64,000 bases of DNA from Setoptus koraiensis. Its lineage: Eukaryota > Animalia > Arthropoda. Every line of letters starts with the position of its first letter. Position 1 is the stretch's first letter. The stretch covers positions 10,664,001 to 10,728,000 of the forward strand of contig CM106585.1 in assembly GCA_048013815.1 (NCBI GenBank). Direction: 5' to 3'. Positions 12,101 through 22,184 of this stretch are shown here, one piece after another. The position numbers were made by a program, and so were the translations under genes. The notes under the pieces were generated by a model. The model did no database searches. It saw only the letters and a program-made list of their open reading frames with translations, and was not told where the DNA came from.

Positions 12101-13567
12101 TCTGTGATGCATATCGACGCTTCTGATGACATTGCTCGCTCAAAGCAATCTACAATGGCCGTAATAAGTGCTTCCGGCAAAGATTTATCTCGATCGAGAA
12201 CAGCCAAAGATGATATTGGCTCGAAGAAGGCCTCAAGATCGACCTCTAGTGATTCTTCGAAAGAAGTCAGCGGATCGAAACCGTCCACTACTGCTGTTGT
12301 CAGCGTCTTTGGGGCAGATGTATCCAAATCACATCCTTCGAAAGAGGCCATTTCATCTGAAGCAACCCAGAAAAGGTCAACAAGTAGATCTGTGATGCAT
12401 ATCGACGCTTCTGATGACATTGCTCGCTCAAAACGATCTACAATGTCCGTAATGAGTGCTTCCGGCAAAGATTTATCTCGATCGAAAACAGCCAAAGATG
12501 ATATTGGCTCGAAGAAAGCCTCAAGATCGACCTCTAGTGATTCTTCGAAAGAAGTCAGCGGTTCGAGAGCGTCCACCACCGCCATTATGAGCGCCTCTGA
12601 CGCAGATTTATCCAAATCACATCCTTCGAAAGAGGCCATTTCATCTGAACCAACCCAGAAACCTGCAACAAGTAGATCTTCGAAGCATATTGACGCTTCC
12701 GAAAAAAGTGGTCGCTCAAAGCAATCTACAATGGCCGTAATAAGTGCTTCCGGCAAAGATTTATCTCGATCAAAAACAGCCAAAGATGATATTGGCTCGA
12801 AGAAAGCCTCAAGATCGACCTCTAGTGATTCTTCGAAAGAAGTCAGCGGATCGAAACCGTCCACTACCGCCGTAGTCAGCGCATCTGACGCCGATGTTTC
12901 CAAATCACATCCTTCGAAAGAGGCCATTTCATCTGAAGCAACCCAGAAACCGGCAACAAGTAGATCTTCGAAGTATATTGACGCTTCCGAAAAAAGTGGT
13001 CGCTCAAAGCAATCTACAATGGCCGTAATAAGTGCTTCCGGCAAAGATTTATCTCGATCGAAAACAGCCAAAGATGATATTGGCTCGAAGAAAGCCTCAA
13101 GATCGACCTCTAGTGATTCTTCGAAAGAAGTCAGCGGATCGAAACCGTCCACTACCGCCGTAGTCAGCGCATCTGACGCCGATGTATCCAAATCACATCC
13201 TTCGAAAGAGGCCATTTCATCTGAACCAACCCAGAAAAGGTTAACGAGTAGATCTGCGATGCATATTGACGCTTCCGAAAAAAGTGGTCGCTCAAAGCAA
13301 TCTACAATGGCCGTAATAAGTGCTTCCGGCAAAGATTTATCTCGATCGAGAACAGCCAAAGATGATATTGGCTCGAAGAAAGCCTCAAGATTGACCTCTA
13401 GTGATTCTCCGAAAGAGGTCAGCGGTTCGAGAGCGTCCACCACCGCCATTATGAGCGCCTCTGACGCAGATTTATCCAAATCACATCCTTCGAAAGAGGC
13501 CATTTCATCTGAACCAACCCAGAAAAGGTTAACGAGTAGATCTGCGATGCATATCGATGCTTCTGAT
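3150..13567 (+). repeat. Coding tandem array: 33 visible units of 288 nt (96 aa) or 423 nt (141 aa)
   Basis: Unit starts (M/T-AVISAS) at ~3147, 3435, 3858, 4146, 4434, 4722, 5145 ... 13019, 13307. Long units start at 3435, 4722, 5433, 6720, 7431, 8718 and 11156. Confidence 0.97.
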
Positions 13568-14956
13568 GCTATTTCTGATTTTCAGAGGCATGGCGCTTTG
13601 ACTCCCGAAAATGGCTCTGACCAATCGGAAAAATTGCTTGGTAATCTGTTGAATCTCACTTCTTCGCACTCATTCCCGCGTTCTCAGGTTCGTCCTCAGA
13701 TTGGTCACACTGTTCAAGCAGCTACGAATATCACTAATGAAGCTTCCTCACTCGATATCGCGGAAACAACTCGATCCGGTTTGTCTGGCATCGATGCTGT
13801 CGTAAAGAGTTCTCACGATTCTGAATCCCCAGATCATGATCTAGATTTGACCAACGACGCTAACGCAATCTATGGATCAAAAATAAAGGCGCTTAGGCCA
13901 GAAAAATCATCAGCCAGTCGTAGCAACAGTAAATCATCGATGATATCAGTCAGATCGTATGAAAAATCTTATCATAAAGAGAACTCAATTTCGCTTGGAC
14001 TGAATAAGGCATCATCTGAGACAACGAATCAAGCCAGTTCTCGCCTCAGTGGCAAAATTTCTCATTCTGAGGACCCATCAACTGATCCAACTAATGAAAA
14101 GTCTGGTGCTGATTCGAGAGAAAAAAATAGAGGACAAGGCTCTGCTTTGGGCAGGAAGAGCAGGGCTAAGATTTCCAAGTATCTTCCCCTAACTAAATCA
14201 CTCGATGACGCTGACTCAAAACTTGTATTGCCTCCCATCCCAGTGAATATCGGATCTTCTGAGCTGCTTACAGAACCTCATAAGATGCCTATGGCTTCAC
14301 CTGACGCTGCAAATGCTCTTGGAACTTTGGCTTCGTTTGGGTCCAATATGAATCGAATCGAGACCGATGACAAGAGCGAAACAAAACGGGAGACGATATT
14401 GAAATCTTCCAAAGTTGCATATAAATCTTGGAAGTCAGATTTTCCAATAGGGGGCAAGTCTACTTTATTCGAACCTGACAGTCGGATCAGGTCATCAGCT
14501 TCGAATCCGGACACAAATCTTAAAGTGAAGCAATCATCAATTGATAAATTTTCCAAGCTTGCCACTAAATCCCGACAATCACCTTCGGTAACATCATCAG
14601 CTAAAGATGCTGACTTAAATGGACTTCCTGAATCTTCAATCAAATCTACCCTATCTGAGACTATAACCAATATCGAAGCTTTGCCAAAGGTATCTGACGT
14701 GGACAAGAGATCAGCCGCGAATACTTACCAATCTGAATCTTCAAGGCTCTTCATCGGATCATCAAGTTCGCCGACGCTGTTGAAACAACAATCTCAGATG
14801 CCGGTGTCGGAAAACGAGAAGCCGGAACAGAGAGAGAGAATGGAGGGAAAATCAGTCAAATCATCTGTTCTTGATTCTGAATCATGGAAATCACTATTAT
14901 CTGGTCGCAGTAATGTTGCACGAAGGAAGAAATCTAAAACAAAAAATAAAGACTGA
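3150..14956 (+). CDS. Giant Ser/Lys/Ala/Thr-rich tandem-repeat protein (>3,900 aa), 5' end in gap, one apparent 1-nt deletion at 10444/10445
   Basis: ORFs 3435..10589 and 10580..14956 encode the same repeat and join if one A is restored (gcgc[a]tctggc). The frame continues through ~460 non-repetitive Ser-rich residues to a stop, ending RRKKSKTKNKD. Length variation among units is always a multiple of 3. Confidence 0.8.
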
Positions 14957-15025
14957 AATACTAAAAAATAGACTTTCTTTGAGAGAGAAACTCGAAAAGA
15001 TGTCGTAGTTGCTAAAAATATGAAA

Positions 15026-15146
15026 ACCTGGATCTTTATACTGTTAGGAAGAAACCATTCTTTTCTCCTTGCGATGCCTTTTCACTTTACTCCTACAAAA
15101 AAAAAAGAAAAAAATGGTTTCTTCCAAACAGTATAAAGATCCAGGT
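15026..15146. repeat. 34-bp near-perfect inverted repeat (hairpin) with 53-nt loop
   Basis: acctggatctttatactgttaggaagaaaccatt (15026-15059) is the reverse complement of aatggtttcttccaaacagtataaagatccaggt (15113-15146) with one mismatch. Confidence 0.9.
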
Positions 15147-15895
15147 GCTGTATTTATCTATAGATTTAGTTAATCATGGTCGCCACACATGTGCTTAGAG
15201 TAACTCCACAGGAAATTTACTCTCTACCACAAGCTCGATGCATGTTATCTAACATTTGTGAATTTCCAGTGATTGCGCTGAAGATTACAGAGAGAATGAA
15301 CTCTGAGTCACATTAAAAAACTTTTAACTCAAGATGGTTGAGTGCTATTCTAGATAATGTTAGAAAGTTTCTAAGATTTTGGTGGCAGTATCAGATTACT
15401 AGAAGACGGTAAACAAATTTTGAGTTTCAATTTTTTGATCCATTTATAGTAAATCTCGACCGACGGCTACAAAATCCTAATCTAAACTAATGAGTTGAAG
15501 CAATAAGAGGAAAAATGATTGGCAAATATTGTTAAATCAAAGTGTCTATAATTTTACTTTGCAAGATTGTTAGTATGCTAGTCATTCTATGTTTAGGCTT
15601 TCACAGACCTAGAAAAATTGCTACTATTTTCGGATATTAGAATCGATAGGCAGTGATCATTTGTCAGTTTGGTCTTGATCTACAGTGAATAATTTCCAAA
15701 ATAATAAGTGAGTAGATGAGAAAAAAACATCTGAGTGCCTTCAATTTTGCCAAGAGCACAGAAAATAGATTCAATTCACGAACCTAATAATAATATTCAT
15801 TGATTTCTTTTATAAACTATTGTCAGAAATATATAATAGGATATACAAGAACTGAAATTAAACGGGATAACCAATCAGACGAACAAAGAACAATT

Positions 15896-16233
15896 ATGTG
15901 TATAACTCTCAAACAAGTTTTCGCTATCGCATTAGTGGCGATAGTAGCGGTCGCTGTTATTGAAGCTGCCTCGGGTAAGCTACATTAGCTTTTGGCATTA
16001 AAACAAGTCATAACAAGTTTTGATTGCTAAGTCTTGTTTCATTTATCTTATTTACACCAAAATTAATAATAAATTCTACTGAAACAGTTTCTGATGGACA
16101 GACAAGCATGGATATGGGGCATGGTGGACGATTCAAGCGTGATATCGACTTGAGAAACTGGGGATATATCAAATTCCCATTCTTAGACTGGATCGTGCCC
16201 AGATTGATCATCGATAACAGACCAGACCCTTAA
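15896..16233 (+). CDS. Small secreted prepropeptide (74 aa); exons 15896-15974 and 16088-16233
   Basis: Exon 1 encodes a signal peptide MCITLKQVFAIALVAIVAVAVIEAAS. A phase-1 GTAAGC...AAACAG intron of 113 nt joins in frame to VSDGQTSMDMGHGG-RFKR-DIDLRNWGYIKFPFLDWIVPRLIIDNRPDP*. Confidence 0.75.
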
Positions 16234-16759
16234 GCACAATGCCTTCGTATTAAAATTTGATGACGATGTCGGAAATGATCAAGTCAAAAATGGCTATAGA
16301 TTTGGCATCGGTAATCAAATAATTGGTGCCTCTGATAATCCAATAAAAGTTTAATTCTGTTGTTATATTTTAAGTGACGATGAGCTTTAGGGCTAGCTTC
16401 TTCAATCTAACATCGAAATTAAAGTATCTACACCGAATGTTCGAGTGCAATCAATTCAAGAGTTCTCCCGAGAATCAATAAAGACAAGATATTAAAAACA
16501 TTAAAGCATCATGTTTGAATAAACGAATCTAATAATTTTCTCTCTCTATGTTGAGGCTTCGATATAGTTGGGATTTTCTGAGCTTCACATTATTAGCACA
16601 CATGCACTCATGGCCAATGATGAATTGCGCCTGAGGAAGTCAAGTTGTGTGCACCAACATTGAGTACGCCATCATCGATGACAATAATCCATTCGGGACA
16701 CATCTGTCACATGTTTCGAGTGATGTGATCTAGCCATTCCAGTCTGTCAGTCGCACATC

Positions 16760-17275
16760 GTCAGCGGTTCGAAACCGTCCACCACCGCCATTGTGAGTGC
16801 CTCTGACGCAGATTTATCCAAATCACATCCTTCGAAAGAGGCCATTTCATCTGAAGCAACCCAGAAACCGGCAACAAGTAGATCTTCGAAGTATATTGAC
16901 GCTTCCGAAAAAAGTGGTCGCTCAAAGCAATCTACAATGGCCGTAATAAGTGCTTCCGGCAAAGATTTATCTCGATCGAGAACAGCCAAAGATGATATTG
17001 GCTCGAAGAGAGCCTCAAGATCAACCTCTAGTGATTCTTCGAAAAAAGTCAGCGGTTCGAAACCGTCCACCATCGCCATTGTGAGCGCTTCGGGCGCCGA
17101 TGTATCCAAATCACATCATTCCAAAGAGGCCATTTCGATTTCATCAGGTTTTCGAAGAAAGTGAATGCTAAAAACAATCTACAATGGCTGTAATCAGTGC
17201 TTCTGGCAAAGATTTATCTCGATCGAAATCAGCCAAGATGATATTGGCTCGAAGGATGCCTCAAGATCACCCTCT
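16760..17275 (+). pseudogene. Detached, degenerate fragment (~1.5 units) of the giant coding repeat
   Basis: Same nucleotide unit as the array, with foreign sequence near 17137-17172, a stop at 17162-17164 and a later frameshift. No start or signal context. Confidence 0.8.
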
Positions 17276-17669
17276 GAGGCTTCAACCGTTGTATGATCAG
17301 AAAAACGGGTTGGTATCATTTCGACGACAGGCTACATTCAACGGCAGTTCCGAACAAGGAAAAAGGTACGATTCGACGATATTTAGTTCACCGACAACAA
17401 CTTCAACGAAATTTTAAATAACGAATATATAACGAACAACGACAATGACGATATGAATCCGGAAACATTAACTTTCGAGGCCAATAATCATAAATTAAAT
17501 CGAGCAGACTGGTGCAATCAATATGAACGATTGATAATTGAATGTGTTCTTGACATGGAAATGTACTGGGTGGTGCTGCATAAGCGCTGCTGCATTATAT
17601 TACACCAATATTATTACCAGTAATATATTAATTTAATGAGTAATAAAATAATACTTACAGAAAATAAAA

Positions 17670-18029
17670 ATGAGTCTAATAACAGACGATTCTATTGTAG
17701 AGGCACATTCAAATTTCTTCGGAACCCGCACAATCATAAACTTAGATCCAGATAAAAAGGAATGGACAAGAGTTGGCCTAACCCTAACTCCTCAACAGGC
17801 TAGTAAACCGACTGCAATTGAAAACTATTTGACAGAATCGAAAGGGATAGAAGTTAGAGAATTTCACGATGCCAGATCTATCTCGAGAAGGCTTCAATTC
17901 ACATTTGATGCGATTCGATGGTGCAGTATGGACAAGATGAGAAAATCAACACACTATTGCGTGAGCATTGGCATTCCTCGAACCGGATGGAATATCGGAA
18001 GCATTCGAGCGAGGTTGTCTTGTGGATAA
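17670..18029 (+). CDS. Hypothetical 119-aa ORF
   Basis: ATG-initiated ORF of ordinary composition with no recognisable motif. Confidence 0.2.
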   Translation: MSLITDDSIVEAHSNFFGTRTIINLDPDKKEWTRVGLTLTPQQASKPTAIENYLTESKGIEVREFHDARSISRRLQFTFDAIRWCSMDKMRKSTHYCVSIGIPRTGWNIGSIRARLSCG

Positions 18030-18238
18030 GGGACGATGCTGATGTCTGTCGTTTCGTCGATTGGTCAAGAAACAACTACATAGGATGAGAACTTGTTTGT
18101 CATTATCTCAATAAAAAAGATCATTACATCTAAATTTCTGATCTCCATTCGGAGGCTTAAATTTTCGAAATAAGTCAATCGTCATTTATCTCAGAGAGAA
18201 AAAATATATAAACTCTAGAGATTGCTCAGTGTGAGCTG

Positions 18239-20337
18239 TCATTCAATAGGTGAAATAAAGAACAAAGTAATAACCGCACCCACTATTAGCAAGTGTGACA
18301 CAGCAACAACGAGATCTAGATAAGGACAATTCAAACTTGATACCGATTCCTTCTTTCCATTCTTTTTCCTTCCCTCGATTTTTATCCCGCTTGGTATGGC
18401 CAGCGTTGTGATACTGTTTGCTTTGACTGTGATTCGCCCCACTAACATCGTATCATCTGAAAATACATTCACCAATTTAGCTTCGGGGGCCTTGTTCAAT
18501 ATAACAACCGAATAATGTGACTTATCTGGCCTCTCAGCTGCTATGACTTTAACCAGAGGGTCGTCATTGTCTGGCTCGCTGCTAGTTGAATTGAATAATT
18601 CACTGTCGAATATTCGTGCATCTGGTTCAAAGAATCGTGAAAAATGCGCCAACACATAATACATGGGATTCTTGTAATAAACTTGCTTGTCCTCATCGAA
18701 CAAAATCGGCGCATCAACTGAGTGAGGAGGGAAAAACAAGCGCATCAATTTATAAATTATTGCGTTAATAACTATTGATTGATCAGTTAAGATAGTCCGG
18801 GTGTAGAAACGCCATGACATACCGTAGTTGCCAACCCAATTTGGGCCTCCTTCCATGTCCAGCACCAAATTCCAGTCCACCCAACCTGCGTCGTATCTTT
18901 TTAGGGTCTACATACATTGCAGGACACACCGACAGTAGAATAATAATAAATAGATAAATAATAATCATTAGCAATCAGGCAGTGAGACGAACGAGTGAGT
19001 TATTGTTACGGCACTATGCTTACCTCGATTATGTCGTCGGCGTACTCCACGCCATTCTGCCATCGCCCAGGATTAGGTGTGCCTATGTTGCATGCCTCGG
19101 AGGATAAAATTATGGCTGAATCTGGTAGTAGCTTTTTAATTTCTTCCAACGGTTCGTAACCCCCGCCTGGTGTTTCACGCGAATACCAATGAATTGCAAC
19201 ACCGGACACGTATTGCATGGCTTCAGTGTCGTCTGTCATTGATTTCACGTACTCTTCAACAAACTTCGTGCTGTCATCATGAATCAACAGATGAAGTTTG
19301 TCTTTTCCAAAGCCATTCTCGGCCAACCTGGGTCCCAAATTGTCCCTGACATAGTCGCGCAATTCATTTGCTTCGAACAACATTGCATTCCAAAAAATCG
19401 AATCAAGAAAGGCAGCTCTTGGTTCATTCTGAGTGGTGATGCCCCAAAAGTCAATTCCGTGCGATTGGTATTCCTTCAAAAACCTAACGTGATATCTAGC
19501 GTAAGCATCGTAGTAATCTTGCGAGCTATTTCCCTTCAGTTTACCCTTGAGCAAACTATCACTTTCTTTCATCCAACCCGGCGAAGACCAAGCTGAACCA
19601 AACAAATTCAGTTTCTGCCCGCATTGAGCACAGTTCATCACAATATCCTGCGCCTGTTTAATAATCGGTATCTTCAATTCGATGTCCTCAGGTTGAAGCT
19701 TGAATCTAGTAAAATCTAAATCCTCTTTCGCACCATCGTTGGTATCGTTAAGGTCTAAGTAGGAATAGTTACGCGATGAAAAGTCACTACCGCCAATTGG
19801 CACTCGACCTATGGTGTATCTTAAACCATTACTACCAAAATAATCCTCCAATGCGAATTTTCTCATCTCTGCAGTCATATGCTGCAGCTGAAGTGTGGCG
19901 GCATCAGTGAACGCACCTCCGAAACCAATAATCTTTTGCCTGGTTCTCTCAGGGTACAGACGAATCGTTAGTTCTTCCAAAGAATCGGCAGATTCACTAT
20001 TTGATGTTGTGGGAGAGTCATCAGTGTCATTTATTCCGATAAGTTTCATGACAAAACGTGCCCCACTCTTGTCCGTCTCAACAGCCAGTATTTCATTTTC
20101 GCTTGGCCAATTGAATTCAATTTTATCGCAATAGGTCTGATTGCAAACGCATACGATATCAAATTCATCTAACTCAAAAGTATGCTTGGCACATCCTTGT
20201 GATTTAACTTCACCCACGTGGACTGTGGCAAAATATTCGTTTGTTGTGGTGTATGTTACACCATAAATGACGATGAGCAGGGGTACCGAGAAAGAGAATG
20301 AGCATGGAAATAAGTACAAATCAAACGATGTAATCAT
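18239..20337 (-). CDS. GBA: Glucosylceramidase (GH30) with C-terminal hydrophobic tail; exons 20337-19024, 18907-18823, 18717-18239
   Basis: Motifs IVCVCNQTYCD, QKIIGFGGAFTDAA, RVPIGGSDFS, SAWSSPGWMK, acid/base TTQNEP, nucleophile SSEAC, GWVDWNLVLDMEGGPNWVGNY|VDAPI and YKNPMYYVLAHFSRF. Two canonical introns (116 and 105 nt) restore colinearity with known GBA. Start codon (20337) is tentative. Confidence 0.93.
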
Positions 20338-20941
20338 GATAGCTGACAAGTTTCGAGGTATGAGGGACGCTTGTGAAACACTCACGAAATAGAAGTAAAT
20401 ACAAAGATATCAACACTTTAATTCCTGTGGCTAAATTTTCTTGACGACCAACGGCTGTTGTTTTGCACTTTTTGGTTTGTTCAAAACTTCCTGCCATTTC
20501 TATCGAAAGGTAGTCTTCGGAAAACAAGAAATCGGTATCTAGTTTTAGCTGTTCTTATCTGCCTGTCGTTGCTGCTTCACTTTTGATGACGGTTCGTATT
20601 GACTCCATCTAAATGAAAATTACAACTTTGAAAGTATCACGAAATGCTGTGCTCATGTTTCTATGATCATAACTTTATCTGCACGATAATGCGTGATAGA
20701 ATTAACTGCTTCGACCCATTTGAATAGTTGATTTTTGTTTCCATGTGTCACCTTTGTGAACGCCTCATGGGACTAGCTGTTGTTCATACGTTGTATAATC
20801 CGAGCTTAAACTCAACCACTCCCAAAGACTTTTCCGGATTTATACTTTGCTCTGCAATAAAATCTTCCCCTCCATCTGCACTGTGCGACATGAGGGAATT
20901 AAACCATCACTCCCTGTACATTCGATATGGATTTGTTTTTG

Positions 20942-21441
20942 NNNNNNNNNNNNNNNNNNNNNNNNNNNNNNNNNNNNNNNNNNNNNNNNNNNNNNNNNNN
21001 NNNNNNNNNNNNNNNNNNNNNNNNNNNNNNNNNNNNNNNNNNNNNNNNNNNNNNNNNNNNNNNNNNNNNNNNNNNNNNNNNNNNNNNNNNNNNNNNNNNN
21101 NNNNNNNNNNNNNNNNNNNNNNNNNNNNNNNNNNNNNNNNNNNNNNNNNNNNNNNNNNNNNNNNNNNNNNNNNNNNNNNNNNNNNNNNNNNNNNNNNNNN
21201 NNNNNNNNNNNNNNNNNNNNNNNNNNNNNNNNNNNNNNNNNNNNNNNNNNNNNNNNNNNNNNNNNNNNNNNNNNNNNNNNNNNNNNNNNNNNNNNNNNNN
21301 NNNNNNNNNNNNNNNNNNNNNNNNNNNNNNNNNNNNNNNNNNNNNNNNNNNNNNNNNNNNNNNNNNNNNNNNNNNNNNNNNNNNNNNNNNNNNNNNNNNN
21401 NNNNNNNNNNNNNNNNNNNNNNNNNNNNNNNNNNNNNNNNN
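20942..21441. other. Assembly gap (500 N)
   Basis: Run of exactly 500 N between the divergent GBA and PLD3-like genes. Confidence 0.99.
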
Positions 21442-22184
21442 GAGATGATAAGGATGCAGACATCATATATGGCCCCAGGATATGATTACCTAGTCGTTTG
21501 AAAGTATCGTAGAACGAATAGAATAAACGAAAAACACTGATGAGACGCCAGAATACAGATTCAGACTTATACGCCTTTTGGCACATATTCTCCATTGAAA
21601 ATCCTGACCATTTCGCGCAGTATTTCACGCAGAAGTGCCGATGAGGAAATAGGCGATAAGTTGAAAGAATTTGTCTGCAAAGAACGCAAGAATCTTGAAA
21701 TCGGCTCCAGAGATGAACAATTCGCAGATCAGGTTTCATTCGGACTCCTTGGAGTCGCTTCAAAACGGATTTTGAATGTTTTTTTGGTCTCCAGAAGGGC
21801 TTCGGTACATCGGAATGAAGTTGTCGATGTTTTAATTTGTATCGTTCAACGATTTTGTGCATAGTCCAACAAAGCCGTTTCTGATGGAAATGCTGAACAG
21901 CTTATTGCTGATTAGGTCCTTTTACAGACGTCACACAGAAAAGCGAAGTATCAGCATTTTCATTTCTTACGTATTGCACATTATTGAAGCGGAATGTTAG
22001 ACTTGTGAACAAACAGGTTATAAATAGTGTCGACATCGAGACTGAGCGATCATAGATACTTCGTATGCCATTCCTGAATTTGAGTTGTCTATATTGACTT
22101 TTTAAATCTGGGATTTCATTTGGTTGAAGCTAAAATTCTAACAATACCGCATAATATCTATATTGTCGCAATTATAAGAATAGA

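Noticed and set aside
4159-12395. Short 75-94-aa alternate-frame ORFs inside the array (MLPAKIYL..., MPLAPMLP...)
   Set aside because: Off-frame by-products of the repeat, recurring with its period.
3150-13567. Regular array as CRISPR or satellite DNA
   Set aside because: There are no unique spacers, units are 288/423 nt, all length variants are multiples of 3, and the frame runs into unique coding sequence. The context is eukaryotic.
20728-21864. ORFs spanning or flanking the second gap as a possible transposase
   Set aside because: Length is inflated by N codons, and I see no DDE, RT or other recognisable motif in the real sequence.
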